A stretch of 33,158 nucleotides of DNA from NCBI GenBank assembly GCA_046861395.1, contig JBHHUC010000023.1:1-33158 (forward strand), written 5' to 3'. The notes beneath the pieces were generated by a model. It did not search any database, was not told where the DNA came from, and saw nothing but the letters and a program-made list of their open reading frames with translations. A program made the position numbers and the translations under genes. This document shows, one piece after another, positions 1 to 9,563 of the stretch. The stretch's first letter is position 1, and each line of letters begins with the position of its first letter. The DNA comes from Fidelibacterota bacterium (GTDB taxonomy: Bacteria > Fidelibacterota > Marinisomatia > Marinisomatales > JABMOV01).

Positions 1-1
1 T

Positions 2-307
2 GCACAGGGTGGCGGTCTGGCCATGTATTTTCCGTTTATCCTTATCATGTTTGTAATCTACTTTTTCATGATACGTCCCCAGGCCAAGAAACAAAAGGAA
101 AAGCAGGCCATGCTGGATGCCTTGCAAAAAGGTGATAAAGTCATTACCATTGGCGGACTGCATGGTACCGTCGCCGGATTCAAGGAAAAGGGGCGTCTGG
201 TTGTATTGAAAGTCAGTAAAAACAGTGATATTGTTGTGAACAAATCTGCTATTGCCGGCCGGTTGGGTGCGGTAGATGATCATGAAACAAGCGCGATAGA
301 AGGATAG
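2..307 (+). CDS. yajC: Preprotein translocase subunit YajC (5' end probably outside the window)
   Basis: One TM segment followed by IRPQAKKQKE and LQKGDKVITIGGLHGTV, the YajC signature. The frame is open back to base 2 (AQGGGLA precedes the ATG at 23). Confidence 0.93.
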   Translation, partial: AQGGGLAMYFPFILIMFVIYFFMIRPQAKKQKEKQAMLDALQKGDKVITIGGLHGTVAGFKEKGRLVVLKVSKNSDIVVNKSAIAGRLGAVDDHETSAIEG

Positions 308-312
308 TTATC

Positions 313-843
313 TTGGCCGTTCTCGACATTGTGAAATATGGTGATCCCATTCTGCGGAAGGTCTGTGCCCCGGTGAAAGATTTTTCCGGACTGGATCGTC
401 TGATCGAGGATATGTTCGATACCATGTATGAGGCAGAGGGTATCGGTCTGGCCGCCAATCAGGTTGGCTGGGATATGAATCTCTTCATCATTGACATTAC
501 CCATACGGAGGAAACAGACGAACCGATGGTATTCCTCAACGGTGAAATACAATCCGGTGAAGGTGAAAGTTCCTATGAGGAAGGATGTTTATCAATACCG
601 GAAGTCACATTTGAAATTACACGGCCGGAACAAATTTATTTTCGCTATCAGACACCAGATGAAGAATGGCACGAAGCATCGTTTGGCGGATTACTGGCCC
701 GGGCGATTCAGCATGAAATGGATCATCTTACGGGAAAAATGATCGTCGATCGAGTTTCAAAATTGACACGGATACAGTATAAGAAACAGTTAAAAGATCT
801 GGAGAAACAATCCCGTGCCAGATTGAAACAGGTGATGGGATAG
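313..843 (+). CDS. def: Peptide deformylase
   Basis: All three PDF motifs: GIGLAANQ, EGCLS and HEMDH. TTG start. Confidence 0.97.
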   Translation: MAVLDIVKYGDPILRKVCAPVKDFSGLDRLIEDMFDTMYEAEGIGLAANQVGWDMNLFIIDITHTEETDEPMVFLNGEIQSGEGESSYEEGCLSIPEVTFEITRPEQIYFRYQTPDEEWHEASFGGLLARAIQHEMDHLTGKMIVDRVSKLTRIQYKKQLKDLEKQSRARLKQVMG

Positions 844-877
844 GTTTCCGAAATATCCGGTTTCTGAATTCAATTAT

Positions 878-1801
878 ATGAAGATAGTCTATATGGGCAA
901 TCCCGAATTTTCGGTGGCGGGATTAAAAGCCCTTGCTGATAGTTCGCATATCATCCTTACAGTGGTGACCAATCCGCCCAAGCCCCAGGGCCGGGGTCGG
1001 GCGTTGCATCCGACTCCCGTGGCTAGGGCCGCCGAAGATTTGCATATTCCCGTAATCCCGTTACACGATTTGCGTGACCCGGCTTTTCATGACAGTTTGC
1101 AGCGGCTGAATCCTGATTTATTCGTAGTTGTCGCTTTTCGTATACTGCCTTCTGCTCTGATAGAACTCCCCGGCCGAGGTTGCATCAATCTCCATACGTC
1201 ACTCTTGCCAAAGTATAGGGGAGCCGCCCCTATTCAACGGGCCCTGATGAATGGTGACCGGGAAACGGGATTGACAACATTTCTGATTCAACCGCGAGTC
1301 GATAGCGGTGATATTTTATTGCAGAAACCAATTCCCATCCGGGACTCGGATGATTTCGGAACATTGTCCGAGCGTTTGAGTCGTTTGGGGGCAGACCTGT
1401 TGGTGGAAACAGTAAACCGGCTGGAAAAAGGTGATATCGTGCCCCAGGCTCAGGATAATTCCCAAGCCACGCCGGCTCCCAAAATCCGTCCCGATGATTG
1501 TCAGATTCACTGGGATCAACCGGCCAGGGTCATTCACAATCAGATTCGTGCTTTATCTCCCCGTCCCGGGGCATTTACGTTTTGGCGAAAATACCGGTTG
1601 AAGGTTTTCCAAACCTGTCCAAACGAACAGGATTTCGGTTTGCCAGCAGGACATATCATAATAAAGAATGACCGGGTATTGGTTCAGACCGGCTCCGGTT
1701 CTCTGGAGTTACTGGCCTTGCAAAGGGAAGGGAAAAAACGGGTGTCTGCGCTGGAATTCATACGAGGCTATGCTCTGAAAAGTGGAGATCTTTTAGGCTG
1801 A
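878..1801 (+). CDS. fmt: Methionyl-tRNA formyltransferase
   Basis: MKIVYMGNPEF N-terminus and NLHTSLLPKYRGAAPIQ motif; adjacent to def. Confidence 0.97.
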   Translation: MKIVYMGNPEFSVAGLKALADSSHIILTVVTNPPKPQGRGRALHPTPVARAAEDLHIPVIPLHDLRDPAFHDSLQRLNPDLFVVVAFRILPSALIELPGRGCINLHTSLLPKYRGAAPIQRALMNGDRETGLTTFLIQPRVDSGDILLQKPIPIRDSDDFGTLSERLSRLGADLLVETVNRLEKGDIVPQAQDNSQATPAPKIRPDDCQIHWDQPARVIHNQIRALSPRPGAFTFWRKYRLKVFQTCPNEQDFGLPAGHIIIKNDRVLVQTGSGSLELLALQREGKKRVSALEFIRGYALKSGDLLG

Positions 1802-1804
1802 ACG

Positions 1805-3127
1805 TTGGATCATCGCGAACATATCCTCAATATACTCCTTGGATTCTGGCGTACATTACCCCGCCTGAAAACGCACACTGAGGCTTACCTTGTCAAACAC
1901 AAGATACGTAGCCAAGAGCGTCGACGGATTGTAGCGTCCTGCAACGATATTGTACGCTGGATTTATTTTCTGGAGGCCTGGATCGAATATGCTTCAAAGC
2001 GCAAGATCACCCGGATAGATGAACAATTATTGACTCTGCTTCACCTGGCGGTTTATGAATTGAAATTGGATCCCAAAGTCCCCGATCATGCCGCGATTCA
2101 CTCGGCGGTTAAACTGGCCCAAAAGCGTGTCGGTTCCTATGCCAAGGGATATGTCAACGGCGTGTTGCGGTCCATTGCACGATTAAGCCGGGAAGATTTG
2201 AAAAAACAATTGAAACCGGAGGAATATTTATCCACCTGGTATTCCTTTCCGGACTGGCTAGTCAAGCGCTGGCAGCAACGCTTTGGTGACGATGCCATTG
2301 AAACGGTGCTGTCGGCGGCTAATCAAACGGCACCTCTTACTGCACGCATTCACTCCGGAAAAGTGCCACCTTCGGATTTTTTGGCATTCTGTGAGGAACA
2401 GGACATATCCATTACGCCCGAACCGGCTACAAACAATTTTTTCCGGGTGAATAACAACGGCTATCGGCTTTTTCAGTCAGAAGGTTTTCAAAAAGGATTC
2501 TGGTCCTTCCAGGACCGGGCCGCCGGGATGTTGGCGGAACTTCTGGATCCCCAGCCCGGGGATATTATCCTGGATGCCTGTGCGGCGCCTGGAACAAAAA
2601 CATTCTACCTTTGGGAATTGATGCAGGGAGCCGGTCAAATCCTGGCCAATGATATAATTCCTGAACGGGTGGAACAGGGGAAGGCTGACAACGAACGCCA
2701 GGGAGCGGATAATATTCACTGGTCATGTTCCGATGCAACTTCGGCCTCATTTCCGACCGTGGATAAGATTCTCGTTGATGCACCATGCACCGGAACCGGT
2801 GTTATCCGCCGGCGACCGGACATCAAATGGCGCCGGGATGAAGCATCGATCCCTGAAATGCAAACCCTGCAATTAGCTATTCTTTCAAATATCTGCCAGT
2901 ATGTAAAATCAGGTGGAATATTAGTCTATGGAACCTGCAGCATGGAACGGGAGGAGAACCAGGATGTGATCCGTATTTTTCTGGAGCGGCATAAGGACTT
3001 TTCGCTTGATGAGAATCTGCCCGAACCCCTGGTGCGATGGAAAAATACCGATGGTTCTGTGGAAACCTTTCCCCATCGCGATTCGTTGGATGGGATGTTT
3101 GGAGTTCGCCTGAAACGACATGATTAA
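1805..3127 (+). CDS. rsmB: 16S rRNA m5C967 methyltransferase RsmB/Sun
   Basis: NusB-like N-terminus (YVNGVLR), then LDACAAPGTKT, LVDAPCTGTG and LVYGTCS; def-fmt-rsmB synteny. Confidence 0.92.
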   Translation: MDHREHILNILLGFWRTLPRLKTHTEAYLVKHKIRSQERRRIVASCNDIVRWIYFLEAWIEYASKRKITRIDEQLLTLLHLAVYELKLDPKVPDHAAIHSAVKLAQKRVGSYAKGYVNGVLRSIARLSREDLKKQLKPEEYLSTWYSFPDWLVKRWQQRFGDDAIETVLSAANQTAPLTARIHSGKVPPSDFLAFCEEQDISITPEPATNNFFRVNNNGYRLFQSEGFQKGFWSFQDRAAGMLAELLDPQPGDIILDACAAPGTKTFYLWELMQGAGQILANDIIPERVEQGKADNERQGADNIHWSCSDATSASFPTVDKILVDAPCTGTGVIRRRPDIKWRRDEASIPEMQTLQLAILSNICQYVKSGGILVYGTCSMEREENQDVIRIFLERHKDFSLDENLPEPLVRWKNTDGSVETFPHRDSLDGMFGVRLKRHD

Positions 3128-3878
3128 TACATTCACACGATATATTATAACACTGGGAGTTCTGGGTGTGCTGGTGGCGATTGTGATGGATTCGGTCGTC
3201 ATGCCGGCCTATGTGCGGCATGGAGAAATCCACGTATTGTTAAATGTGATTTCCCGTGATGTTGACAAGGCGATCAAAAAACTGGAAGCGGAAGGCTTCC
3301 ATGCCACCATTCAGGATACATTATACACCAACCAAATGCCACCGGGACTGGTGGTGGATCAATATCCCAAACCCAATACGACCGTCAAACCCGGACGCAC
3401 GATTCGTTTGACCATCTCGGCACCTGAGAAGATGGTGGAAGTGCCCAATCTGATCGGTCAATCCCGGCGCAGTGCGGAAATTATTCTGCATCAGACCGGA
3501 TTATTAATCGATACCGTTTATACCGAATACAATCCCGATTATCCCAAGGGAACCGTCGCCTGGCAGTCTCCCCGGGGCGGTGATCTGATGAAAAAAGGTC
3601 ATGGTGTTCACCTGACAATCAGTGAAGGCTTACCGCCCAATTTTTTCCAGGTCCCCAATTTATTCGGATTGAGTAAAACCAAGGCCGAAGAAGAATTGAC
3701 GAAGGCCGGACTCCGGATCGGTAAGATATATTATCAGCAAAATACGGATTTGATTCCCTATACCGTTCTGGACCAATCGATAGAATCCGGTACCGTTCTG
3801 GAACAGCCTGAAACGATTGATATCACAATCAGCGTCCTTGACATGGATGATATCTTTAACCGCATCATCAATCAATAG
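3120..3878 (+). CDS. Membrane-anchored PASTA-domain protein (about three PASTA repeats, no kinase domain)
   Basis: N-terminal TM helix and repeated VPNLxG...A...L...GL...V..QxP..G..V units. Confidence 0.85.
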   Translation: MINTFTRYIITLGVLGVLVAIVMDSVVMPAYVRHGEIHVLLNVISRDVDKAIKKLEAEGFHATIQDTLYTNQMPPGLVVDQYPKPNTTVKPGRTIRLTISAPEKMVEVPNLIGQSRRSAEIILHQTGLLIDTVYTEYNPDYPKGTVAWQSPRGGDLMKKGHGVHLTISEGLPPNFFQVPNLFGLSKTKAEEELTKAGLRIGKIYYQQNTDLIPYTVLDQSIESGTVLEQPETIDITISVLDMDDIFNRIINQ

Positions 3879-3881
3879 TCC

Positions 3882-4472
3882 TTGACAGCGACTTCCTCCC
3901 AGATGAAAACCCTAATTTTCCGGAAATTGATTCATATGATCAATTTATGGATTCCGCTGGCCTATATTGTGATTACGAACCGGCTGTACTTCGGATTGAT
4001 CATGGCCTTCCTGTGTCTGGTTTCCATTGCCATTGATTTTGGTCGGTTGCGCGTTCCCATCCTGCGGAAAATATTTACGAAATGGTTTAACCCCCTCCTG
4101 AAGCCAGAGGAAATTCAGGGGCATTTTACGGGGGCAACCTGGGTTTTTCTGGGGGCAACGGTTACGGTGATTTTGTTTCCCCGGTCCATTGCGATTCTGA
4201 GTTTGTTCTTTTTATTCCTGGGTGATCCGATGGCGGCTATCACGGGGACCCGACTGGGCCGGATACGGATATTTCATAAATCCCTGGAAGGATTTCTGGG
4301 TGGTTTATTGGTCTGTTTTCTGATTGCCTGGGTATATCCGGCACCGGATATATTGATCCGAATGGAGGGGGCTGCCATGGCAATGTTGATCGAAATCATG
4401 CCTTTTCCCATCGATGATAATTTTTTAATTCCCGTGGGCAGTGCCTTCCTTATGTGGTTAGCGGTGAGTTGA
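3882..4472 (+). CDS. Diacylglycerol/polyprenol (dolichol) kinase-like membrane protein, CTP_transf family
   Basis: RKLIH, GDPMAAITG, KSLEG and DDN motifs in a highly hydrophobic protein. Confidence 0.78.
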   Translation: MTATSSQMKTLIFRKLIHMINLWIPLAYIVITNRLYFGLIMAFLCLVSIAIDFGRLRVPILRKIFTKWFNPLLKPEEIQGHFTGATWVFLGATVTVILFPRSIAILSLFFLFLGDPMAAITGTRLGRIRIFHKSLEGFLGGLLVCFLIAWVYPAPDILIRMEGAAMAMLIEIMPFPIDDNFLIPVGSAFLMWLAVS

Positions 4473-4473
4473 A

Positions 4474-6552
4474 ATGACCTTCTTGTCACCCTCCGTTTTA
4501 TTTGCCCTGGCGGCCGTCAGTCTTCCCATTATTATTCACTTGTTAAGCATTCAGCGTACGCGGGAAGTGGAATTCAGTTCGATTCGTTTCATCAAAGCGC
4601 TGGAACATGAGTCCATTCGCAAGCTCAAGCTCAAACACTGGCTGATTATTCTTTTACGCATGCTAATCATCGCTGCCCTGGTGATGATGTTTGCCCGTCC
4701 CGTACAAAAGGGATTTATCTCTGGAGCCCGTTCTGGAGAACAGGAAACGCAACTGGTCATTATTGTGGATAATTCCGCCAGCATGAACCTTCAGTCGGGT
4801 GATCATTCATTACTGGAAAAATCTTTGCAGTCGATTCCGGCCATCGTGTCAGCCTATCCCACATTGACACAAGTTGACATCTGGTCCCTTATTCCCAGAA
4901 AAAAAGTATATTCCGGTTCGGTGACTGATCAGAATCTACAACGCCGTCTGAGTCAGATTCTTCCCACCAGCCGGAAGGATAATCTCTGGACAATGGCCGA
5001 TTCAATCCTCAGTGAGACCGCAGCCGATGTCCCTAACAAGGAATGTTTTATCCTCAGTGATTTTCAGTCCTACCCACCTCGGGAAATAATGGCATCAGTC
5101 ACCGATTCCCTGGATACGCCGTGGCGGTTTTATTTTGTGACCCAGCCTCCGGTACAGCACAATTTATCCCTGCGCCGCGGCAGCGTGACGTCGAAGGTCC
5201 GCCTGCCGAATCAGATCATGAAGGTGGAAACGGAAGCGGTCAATGACGGTCGCCTTGATCTTCCCAGTCTTCCCATTGAACTTTATCTTAACGAACAACG
5301 GGTTGGCCAGGTCGTGGCCAATATCAATTCCGGTCAGACCAAGGATTTTATCTTTGAAGCCTTTCCCGGTAAATCCGGAACCATATACGGGCGGCTGGTA
5401 ATACCGGACGATGACTTCGATCTGGATAATCAATACACGTTTGAAACTGTGATTCCGGAACAGATTGCATGTACGGTAATCGGGAGTTCTCAGGATGAAA
5501 CATTCCTCATAGAAACAGCCCTGAACGCCATTGATAAGCAATCCGGCTTTATTTTTCTGGAGACACGAGTTTCCGGTATCATTGATCAGTTGTTTCTGGA
5601 TGAAACGGATGTTCTTATTTTGATTAACCCCGGCAGAATTACCGACCAGGCCATGCTCCAGATTCAGAATTTTCTCAAACGGGGCGGTGGTGTGATCTGG
5701 TTCATGGGTGATAATTATGATACACAACCGGATTCGCCCGTGTATTCCAGTCTTCACCTGCCGGAGGTAAAGGATTTCATCATCATGTCCGGAGATAACT
5801 TTATCCCGGTACAATATCATGAACCAGTCCATCCCCTGGTCGGCGAACTTGCGCTGCGGAAAATAAAAAGCGAGCTACCGGACGTATTCCGTTATTTGAA
5901 GGTGAGTACCAAGGAAAACGAATTTCAACCCATTCTGGAATTAGCCAACCAGGATCCATTCTTGGGTGAAATTCGTTTTGGTAACGGTCGTTTATTCGTC
6001 TTTACCAGTTTAATGGATCTGAAATGGAACGATTTGGCCATGCGGGGTTTTACCGTTCCGCTATTGCATCGTATGTTGACGTTGCTGGCTACCAACGAAT
6101 CCAACAATGCCTCTGTTTATGTCCACGAAAAGAAATGGATTCGCCTGGATCGGGATTTGATACATTCCCAGTGGACGGTTATTACGCCCAGCGGCAAGAA
6201 AATATTATACATTCCGGATTTCACGACTGAAATGCTTCCGGTGACTGATACGGATGAACTGGGATCCTACCGCGTTTTATCCGACGGTTTACCCTATGCG
6301 GCATTTTCCACGATTCTGTCCCCGGCCGAATATCCCTCGAACCGTGTCACGGAAGATCAGCTCAGGCAGGTTTTTTCATCCGATGATTATGTTCAGATCA
6401 TTGCCCCGGAATCATCATTGTCGGCGACGCTGAAAGATATTCGCCTGGGGAAATCCCTGTGGCGATATTTTCTGATTGCCGCTATTCTACTTTTTATCCT
6501 TGAAACATATTTAGGTCGGAAATCACCTGAAGGATTGATCGCAAAGAAATGA
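4474..6552 (+). CDS. BatA N-terminal domain plus vWA-domain membrane protein
   Basis: BatA-type start (FLSP...LPIIIHLL...FSSIRFI...ARP), vWA MIDAS-like DNSASM and ILSDFQ, and a C-terminal TM segment (LWRYFLIAAILLFILE). Confidence 0.82.
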   Translation: MTFLSPSVLFALAAVSLPIIIHLLSIQRTREVEFSSIRFIKALEHESIRKLKLKHWLIILLRMLIIAALVMMFARPVQKGFISGARSGEQETQLVIIVDNSASMNLQSGDHSLLEKSLQSIPAIVSAYPTLTQVDIWSLIPRKKVYSGSVTDQNLQRRLSQILPTSRKDNLWTMADSILSETAADVPNKECFILSDFQSYPPREIMASVTDSLDTPWRFYFVTQPPVQHNLSLRRGSVTSKVRLPNQIMKVETEAVNDGRLDLPSLPIELYLNEQRVGQVVANINSGQTKDFIFEAFPGKSGTIYGRLVIPDDDFDLDNQYTFETVIPEQIACTVIGSSQDETFLIETALNAIDKQSGFIFLETRVSGIIDQLFLDETDVLILINPGRITDQAMLQIQNFLKRGGGVIWFMGDNYDTQPDSPVYSSLHLPEVKDFIIMSGDNFIPVQYHEPVHPLVGELALRKIKSELPDVFRYLKVSTKENEFQPILELANQDPFLGEIRFGNGRLFVFTSLMDLKWNDLAMRGFTVPLLHRMLTLLATNESNNASVYVHEKKWIRLDRDLIHSQWTVITPSGKKILYIPDFTTEMLPVTDTDELGSYRVLSDGLPYAAFSTILSPAEYPSNRVTEDQLRQVFSSDDYVQIIAPESSLSATLKDIRLGKSLWRYFLIAAILLFILETYLGRKSPEGLIAKK

Positions 6553-7844
6553 AACCGGAATTACATTCTACCAAACGTCAGACGGAAACGGCTCTGGTGG
6601 TTGGCGTTGTGACGGGAGATACCACCGAAGCCATGGTCCATGAACATCTAGATGAACTGGCTCTGTTGGCGGAAACCGCCGGAGCGGAAGTCGTCGGTCG
6701 CGTCACACAGAAATTATCCCGGATAAATCCTTCCTATTTTATTGGCAAGGGGAAGGCAGAGCAAATTGTAAGTCAGGGAGAAGCTCTGGGTGTGTCTCTC
6801 ATTATTTTTGACGAGGAACTGAGTCCGGCTCAGACAAAGAATTATCAGGAATTGAGCCAGGCATGTAAAGTGATCGACCGGTCCGGACTTATCCTGGATA
6901 TATTTCGCAAGCATGCCCGGACCAAGGAAGCAAAGACCCAGGTTGAACTGGCCCAGTTGCAATACCTGTTACCTCGTTTGACGCGAATGTGGACGCACCT
7001 GGAACGACAAATGGGAGGTATTGGAACCCGGGCCGGGGCAGGAGAAACCCAGATTGAAGTTGACCGGAGAATATTGCGGACACGGATTGCCCGGCTACAA
7101 TCCGAACTGGTTAAAATTGACAAGGAGCGGGAAACTCAGAGTCAGGGACGTAAACGATTTTACCGTGTTTCACTGGTCGGTTATACTAATGCGGGAAAAT
7201 CAACCCTGATGCGGGCCCTGTCCGGTGCCAATGTATATATTCAGGACCGGTTATTTGCCACGCTGGACACGACCATTCGGCAATTAAAGCTGGATGGGGA
7301 CCACACGGTGTTGCTAAGTGATACGGTAGGGTTTATCCGGAAATTGCCCCATCATCTGGTTGCCAGTTTTCGCAGCACATTAAAGGAAGTGACGGAATCC
7401 GATTTACTGCTCATTGTACTCGATGCCGGTTCAGATCAGATCATCGATCATTTGGCGACAATTCAACAGGTCTTACAGGACTTGGATGCTGCCGAGCAGG
7501 AGGTATTAATCGTGTTGAATAAAATTGATACAATTGATATGGATACCAGACTGCCTTACCTGAATCAATTATTTCCCGAGGCCATTTCAGTATCAGCTCT
7601 GAATCATCTACGGATTGACAAACTGATTGAAACCATTAAGATGAAAATGGACAGCAGTTATCAAACGGTAGAGCTGTCTCTGCCCTACGACAGCGGTAAA
7701 GCCATGTCTCTGGTGCAAGAAGGCGTGGCGGTTATAAAACGGGAATATTCAGAGGAAGGTGTGACATTGACGATTCGTGGACCGGAACTGCGTATTGCTC
7801 AGATCCTTTCCCAAATAGAATATAAAAAAACCCGCCGTGGTTGA
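6549..7844 (+). CDS. hflX: GTPase HflX
   Basis: GYTNAGKST, LFATLDTT, DTVGFI and NKID GTPase motifs; HflX-specific EAKTQVELAQL and GETQIEVDRR. Confidence 0.97.
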   Translation: MKPELHSTKRQTETALVVGVVTGDTTEAMVHEHLDELALLAETAGAEVVGRVTQKLSRINPSYFIGKGKAEQIVSQGEALGVSLIIFDEELSPAQTKNYQELSQACKVIDRSGLILDIFRKHARTKEAKTQVELAQLQYLLPRLTRMWTHLERQMGGIGTRAGAGETQIEVDRRILRTRIARLQSELVKIDKERETQSQGRKRFYRVSLVGYTNAGKSTLMRALSGANVYIQDRLFATLDTTIRQLKLDGDHTVLLSDTVGFIRKLPHHLVASFRSTLKEVTESDLLLIVLDAGSDQIIDHLATIQQVLQDLDAAEQEVLIVLNKIDTIDMDTRLPYLNQLFPEAISVSALNHLRIDKLIETIKMKMDSSYQTVELSLPYDSGKAMSLVQEGVAVIKREYSEEGVTLTIRGPELRIAQILSQIEYKKTRRG

Positions 7845-7997
7845 TTCCAGAACCGTTGTTTGAAACGGTGGATGCCTCTCCCGTACAGCAAACTTCCTTG
7901 ATCCGCCGGAGCGAAAAGGCCTGTTTTTTGTACGAGAAGTTCAGCTTCCTAGCTAATGATACTTGAAGATTCTGGAAAAGCGAACCTGCGACGGGTT
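7829..7997 (-). ncRNA. ssrS: Probable 6S RNA
   Basis: About 170 nt that fold as one long rod on the minus strand. AACCCGTCG..GGTT pairs with AACC.CGGCGGGTT, TTCCAGAA with TTCTGGAA, and CTTCTCGTACA with TGTACGGGAG. A large central bubble separates the stems, and a U run follows. There is an upstream sigma70-like promoter. Called from size and structure, not from a covariance-model search. Confidence 0.8.
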
Positions 7998-8015
7998 ATG
8001 TTTGAAAGCTGGATT

Positions 8016-8043
8016 AAATTACAGTAATCAGTAAAATTGTCAA
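8016..8043 (-). promoter_or_regulatory. Sigma70-type promoter for the putative 6S RNA
   Basis: On the minus strand: TTGACA (8043-8038), a 16-nt spacer, then TAATTT (8021-8016). Confidence 0.6.
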
Positions 8044-8053
8044 ATACCTTTTT

Positions 8054-9328
8054 CTATTGTGTGACTTCATTCTCATTCGTGGCAATGGCCAGTGCGACCG
8101 ATGCATCACCGGTTACATTGGTAGTGGTGCGTAACATATCCAGGATTCGGTCCACCCCAAGAATCAGGGCAATTCCGGCACTGGGTACACCCACGGCTTC
8201 AAGTATGATGACCAGCATGATAATTCCGGCTCCCGGAACCGCAGCCGTACCGATGGAAGCCAGCACGGCGGTCAGAATTATGGTCAGCTGGGCAGCCAGC
8301 CCCAGTTCCATTCCCAGGGTCTGGGCAATGAATACTGCAGCCACGGCCTGGTAAAGGGCAGTTCCATCCATGTTTATGGTGGCTCCCAGGGGCAATACAA
8401 AGGATGATACTTCTTCCGATACACCCAATTCCTGCTCACAGGTTTCCATGGTTACCGGCAGGGTAGCACCACTGGAACTCGTGGAGAAGGCAACCAACTG
8501 AACCGGAACAATGGCTTGATAAAATGATTTCAGCGACGATTTTGTAAACATTTTAATGATGGATGAATATGTAATCAACATATGGACGGCCAGGCCCAGT
8601 ATGACAGTCAACATATAAAATCCCAGTGCACTGAGTAATTCCAGCACCTGGTTCAAATTGTTGCCGGCCACTTTGTTAATGGTTTCTGCGATGAGAGAAA
8701 AGACGCCGATGGGAGCCATTAACATGATAATGTCGACCAGCTTGATGATGACATCATTGAATCCGTCGAAAAAATTTAATACGATATCTGTTTTTTTATT
8801 TTTCACCTGAATTAATCCGGCTCCGAAGAGCAGGGCAACAAAGACGATTTGCAGCATATTCCGATTACTGGAAGCTGAAAAGAAAAAATTGCTGGGTACC
8901 ATATCCACAATGGGTTGCAGAGGACCGCGATCCTTAACTTGTTCAGCCTGTCCTGTCCGGGAACTCACTTCGGTCTGGTATGTTTGCTGGAGCGATTCCT
9001 TCATCGTCTCAGGCACTTTATCTCCAGGTTTGATTAAATTGACCAATACCAGTCCAATGGTAACCGCCACTGCGGTGGTTAGAATATACACGGCGATCGT
9101 TTTACCACCGATCCGGGACAGTTTTTTCATATCCGATAAGGAAGCCACACCTGTGATGAGTGATGTTAACACCAGAGGAATAGCAATAAATTTCAATAGA
9201 TTGATGAAAATAATACCGAATGGCGCCACCCAGTGCGTCGTAAATGATCCCAGTCCAGTCACTGTGCTAATTATGCCATAGATCGTTCCCAATACCAATC
9301 CAATAATGATTTTCCAATGCAGTTTCAT
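8054..9328 (-). CDS. Dicarboxylate/amino acid:cation symporter (DAACS, GltP/GltT family)
   Basis: AFSTSSSGATLP, LPLGATINMDGT and GVDRILDMLRTTTNVTGD motifs. Confidence 0.95.
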   Translation of the reverse strand: MKLHWKIIIGLVLGTIYGIISTVTGLGSFTTHWVAPFGIIFINLLKFIAIPLVLTSLITGVASLSDMKKLSRIGGKTIAVYILTTAVAVTIGLVLVNLIKPGDKVPETMKESLQQTYQTEVSSRTGQAEQVKDRGPLQPIVDMVPSNFFFSASSNRNMLQIVFVALLFGAGLIQVKNKKTDIVLNFFDGFNDVIIKLVDIIMLMAPIGVFSLIAETINKVAGNNLNQVLELLSALGFYMLTVILGLAVHMLITYSSIIKMFTKSSLKSFYQAIVPVQLVAFSTSSSGATLPVTMETCEQELGVSEEVSSFVLPLGATINMDGTALYQAVAAVFIAQTLGMELGLAAQLTIILTAVLASIGTAAVPGAGIIMLVIILEAVGVPSAGIALILGVDRILDMLRTTTNVTGDASVALAIATNENEVTQ

Positions 9329-9365
9329 GTGCTACTCTCTACCTGATTAATGAAATGAATTGACG

Positions 9366-9563
9366 TTATTCGTCTTTTTTAATTTTAGTATATGTTTGAT
9401 AAAATGTATCTCCGATTTTTCCGATTTCCTTCATGATAAACCCCGCCGGTTTATGTTTTGCTTTTTCCTTGCCTACCCGGAAAATATAATGAAAAACCGT
9501 ATCCAGTAGATCTTGGAAATGCGCCAGGGTGGAGCCAATATGTTCCGAAAGGGACTTATTCAT
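9366..9563 (-). CDS. Small hypothetical protein (65 aa)
   Basis: Overlaps the stop of the upstream gene by 8 nt and fills the gap between two co-oriented genes. No recognisable motif. Confidence 0.6.
   Translation of the reverse strand: MNKSLSEHIGSTLAHFQDLLDTVFHYIFRVGKEKAKHKPAGFIMKEIGKIGDTFYQTYTKIKKDE

Noticed and set aside
7829..7997. Reading the structured region as only a terminator, riboswitch or MITE
   Set aside because: Pairing extends across about 170 nt with a central bubble and a dedicated promoter. No gene start follows it, and no target-site duplication is evident.
8037..9281. Plus-strand ORFs 8037-8354 and 8889-9281
   Set aside because: Antisense to the well-supported DAACS transporter.
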